A stretch of DNA of 63,956 bases, filler included, from Octopus bimaculoides (taxonomy: Eukaryota): NCBI RefSeq assembly GCF_001194135.2. It is 9 parts of 9 records of this genome, joined end to end, with 100 filler letters (N's around TTAATTAATTAA, not from the genome) between each part and the next. Parts side by side here need not be neighbours in the genome. Positions count along the whole stretch, not along the records: positions 62,499 to 63,956 come from NC_068990.1; 8 more parts are not named here. The stretch is one strand, 5' to 3'. The stretch's first letter is position 1. Every line of letters starts with the position of its first letter. The notes below the pieces were generated by a model, which saw nothing but the letters and a program-made list of their open reading frames with translations, did no database searches and was not told the DNA's origin. The position numbers and the translations under genes are program-made. This document shows, piece by piece, positions 63,363 to 63,956 of the stretch.

Positions 63363-63700
63363 CCACGGGACGTGCCCTGGCAAGGGTTGTGTGGTAGGTA
63401 GTGACAGGATATCTACGAAAGATGAAGTGGCGAGCAATGAGCTGAGTCTGAGTCTCAAAGTCATATTTGTAGTTGCAGAGCCTGCGCAGACGGAGGAATT
63501 GGAAGTAGGGGATAGAGAGCTTCGTGTGAGTAGGGTGGAGGAGGAGAAGTTAAGGTAGGAGTGTGAGTCGGTGTGTTTTTAGTGGATGGAGTTAGTGAGA
63601 GCGGAGTGGTGAATTCTGACAGAAATGTCAAGAGTTGCGACGGAAGGGTTATAAACAGTGCAGTAGAATTTGAGGGTAGAATGGAAGGATTGGACAAAAG
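63363..63700 (-). pseudogene. Penelope-like element RT C-terminal fragment
   Basis: DSHSYLNFSSS-(fs)..SIPYFQFLRLRRLCNYKYDFETQ..HFIFRRYP matches PLE D.H.YL..SS.HP...SIPYSQ.LR.RR.C...DF....F..RGYP. Confidence 0.82.
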
Positions 63701-63956
63701 AGAGGAAGAAATGCACGGATATACTCATACATACACTTACATATAAATGCGCATCCATACACATGCATATATATACACACTTAGACACATACACACACAC
63801 ACACATATATATATATATGCATACACATATATGTATATATAAACCTATATGAATACACATATATACATACATGCATATATATACACATACATACACACAC
63901 ACATACAATATCCTCTCCAGCTCATATACCCATATATATATAGATACATATATATA

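Overview
Eukaryotic, AT-rich, extremely microsatellite-dense non-coding DNA from a gapped draft assembly. The repeat families resemble those of an octopod cephalopod (Octopus-like); this is inferred from repeat content, not demonstrated. Eight artificial 100-bp spacers (N44-TTAATTAATTAA-N44) split it into nine pieces whose adjacency is not guaranteed. I found no intact protein-coding gene and no recognisable host exon; most ORFs in the track are translated microsatellites or N-gaps. The window is a graveyard of mobile elements. It holds at least five tRNA-derived SINE families (labelled A-E here) and RTE-type 3' tails (F). Decayed coding fragments come from R4/Dong-like, Tx1/L1-like, RTE and Penelope retroelements, a Chapaev-like and two Tc1/mariner DNA transposons, and a Helitron. 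There are also TTAA-flanked MITEs and other TIR elements. The most interesting observation is SINE-D, a tRNA-headed SINE whose body folds into a minimal type-I hammerhead-ribozyme-like motif of the kind known from Penelope-like elements. It occurs as three copies, two of them fused head-to-head, plus one copy lacking the motif. Also notable are head-to-tail R4/Dong-like copies joined by (AAT)n, a templated end-less MITE insertion into a transposase, and a ~17-kb CpG-decayed domain suggesting an intron of an unseen methylated host gene.
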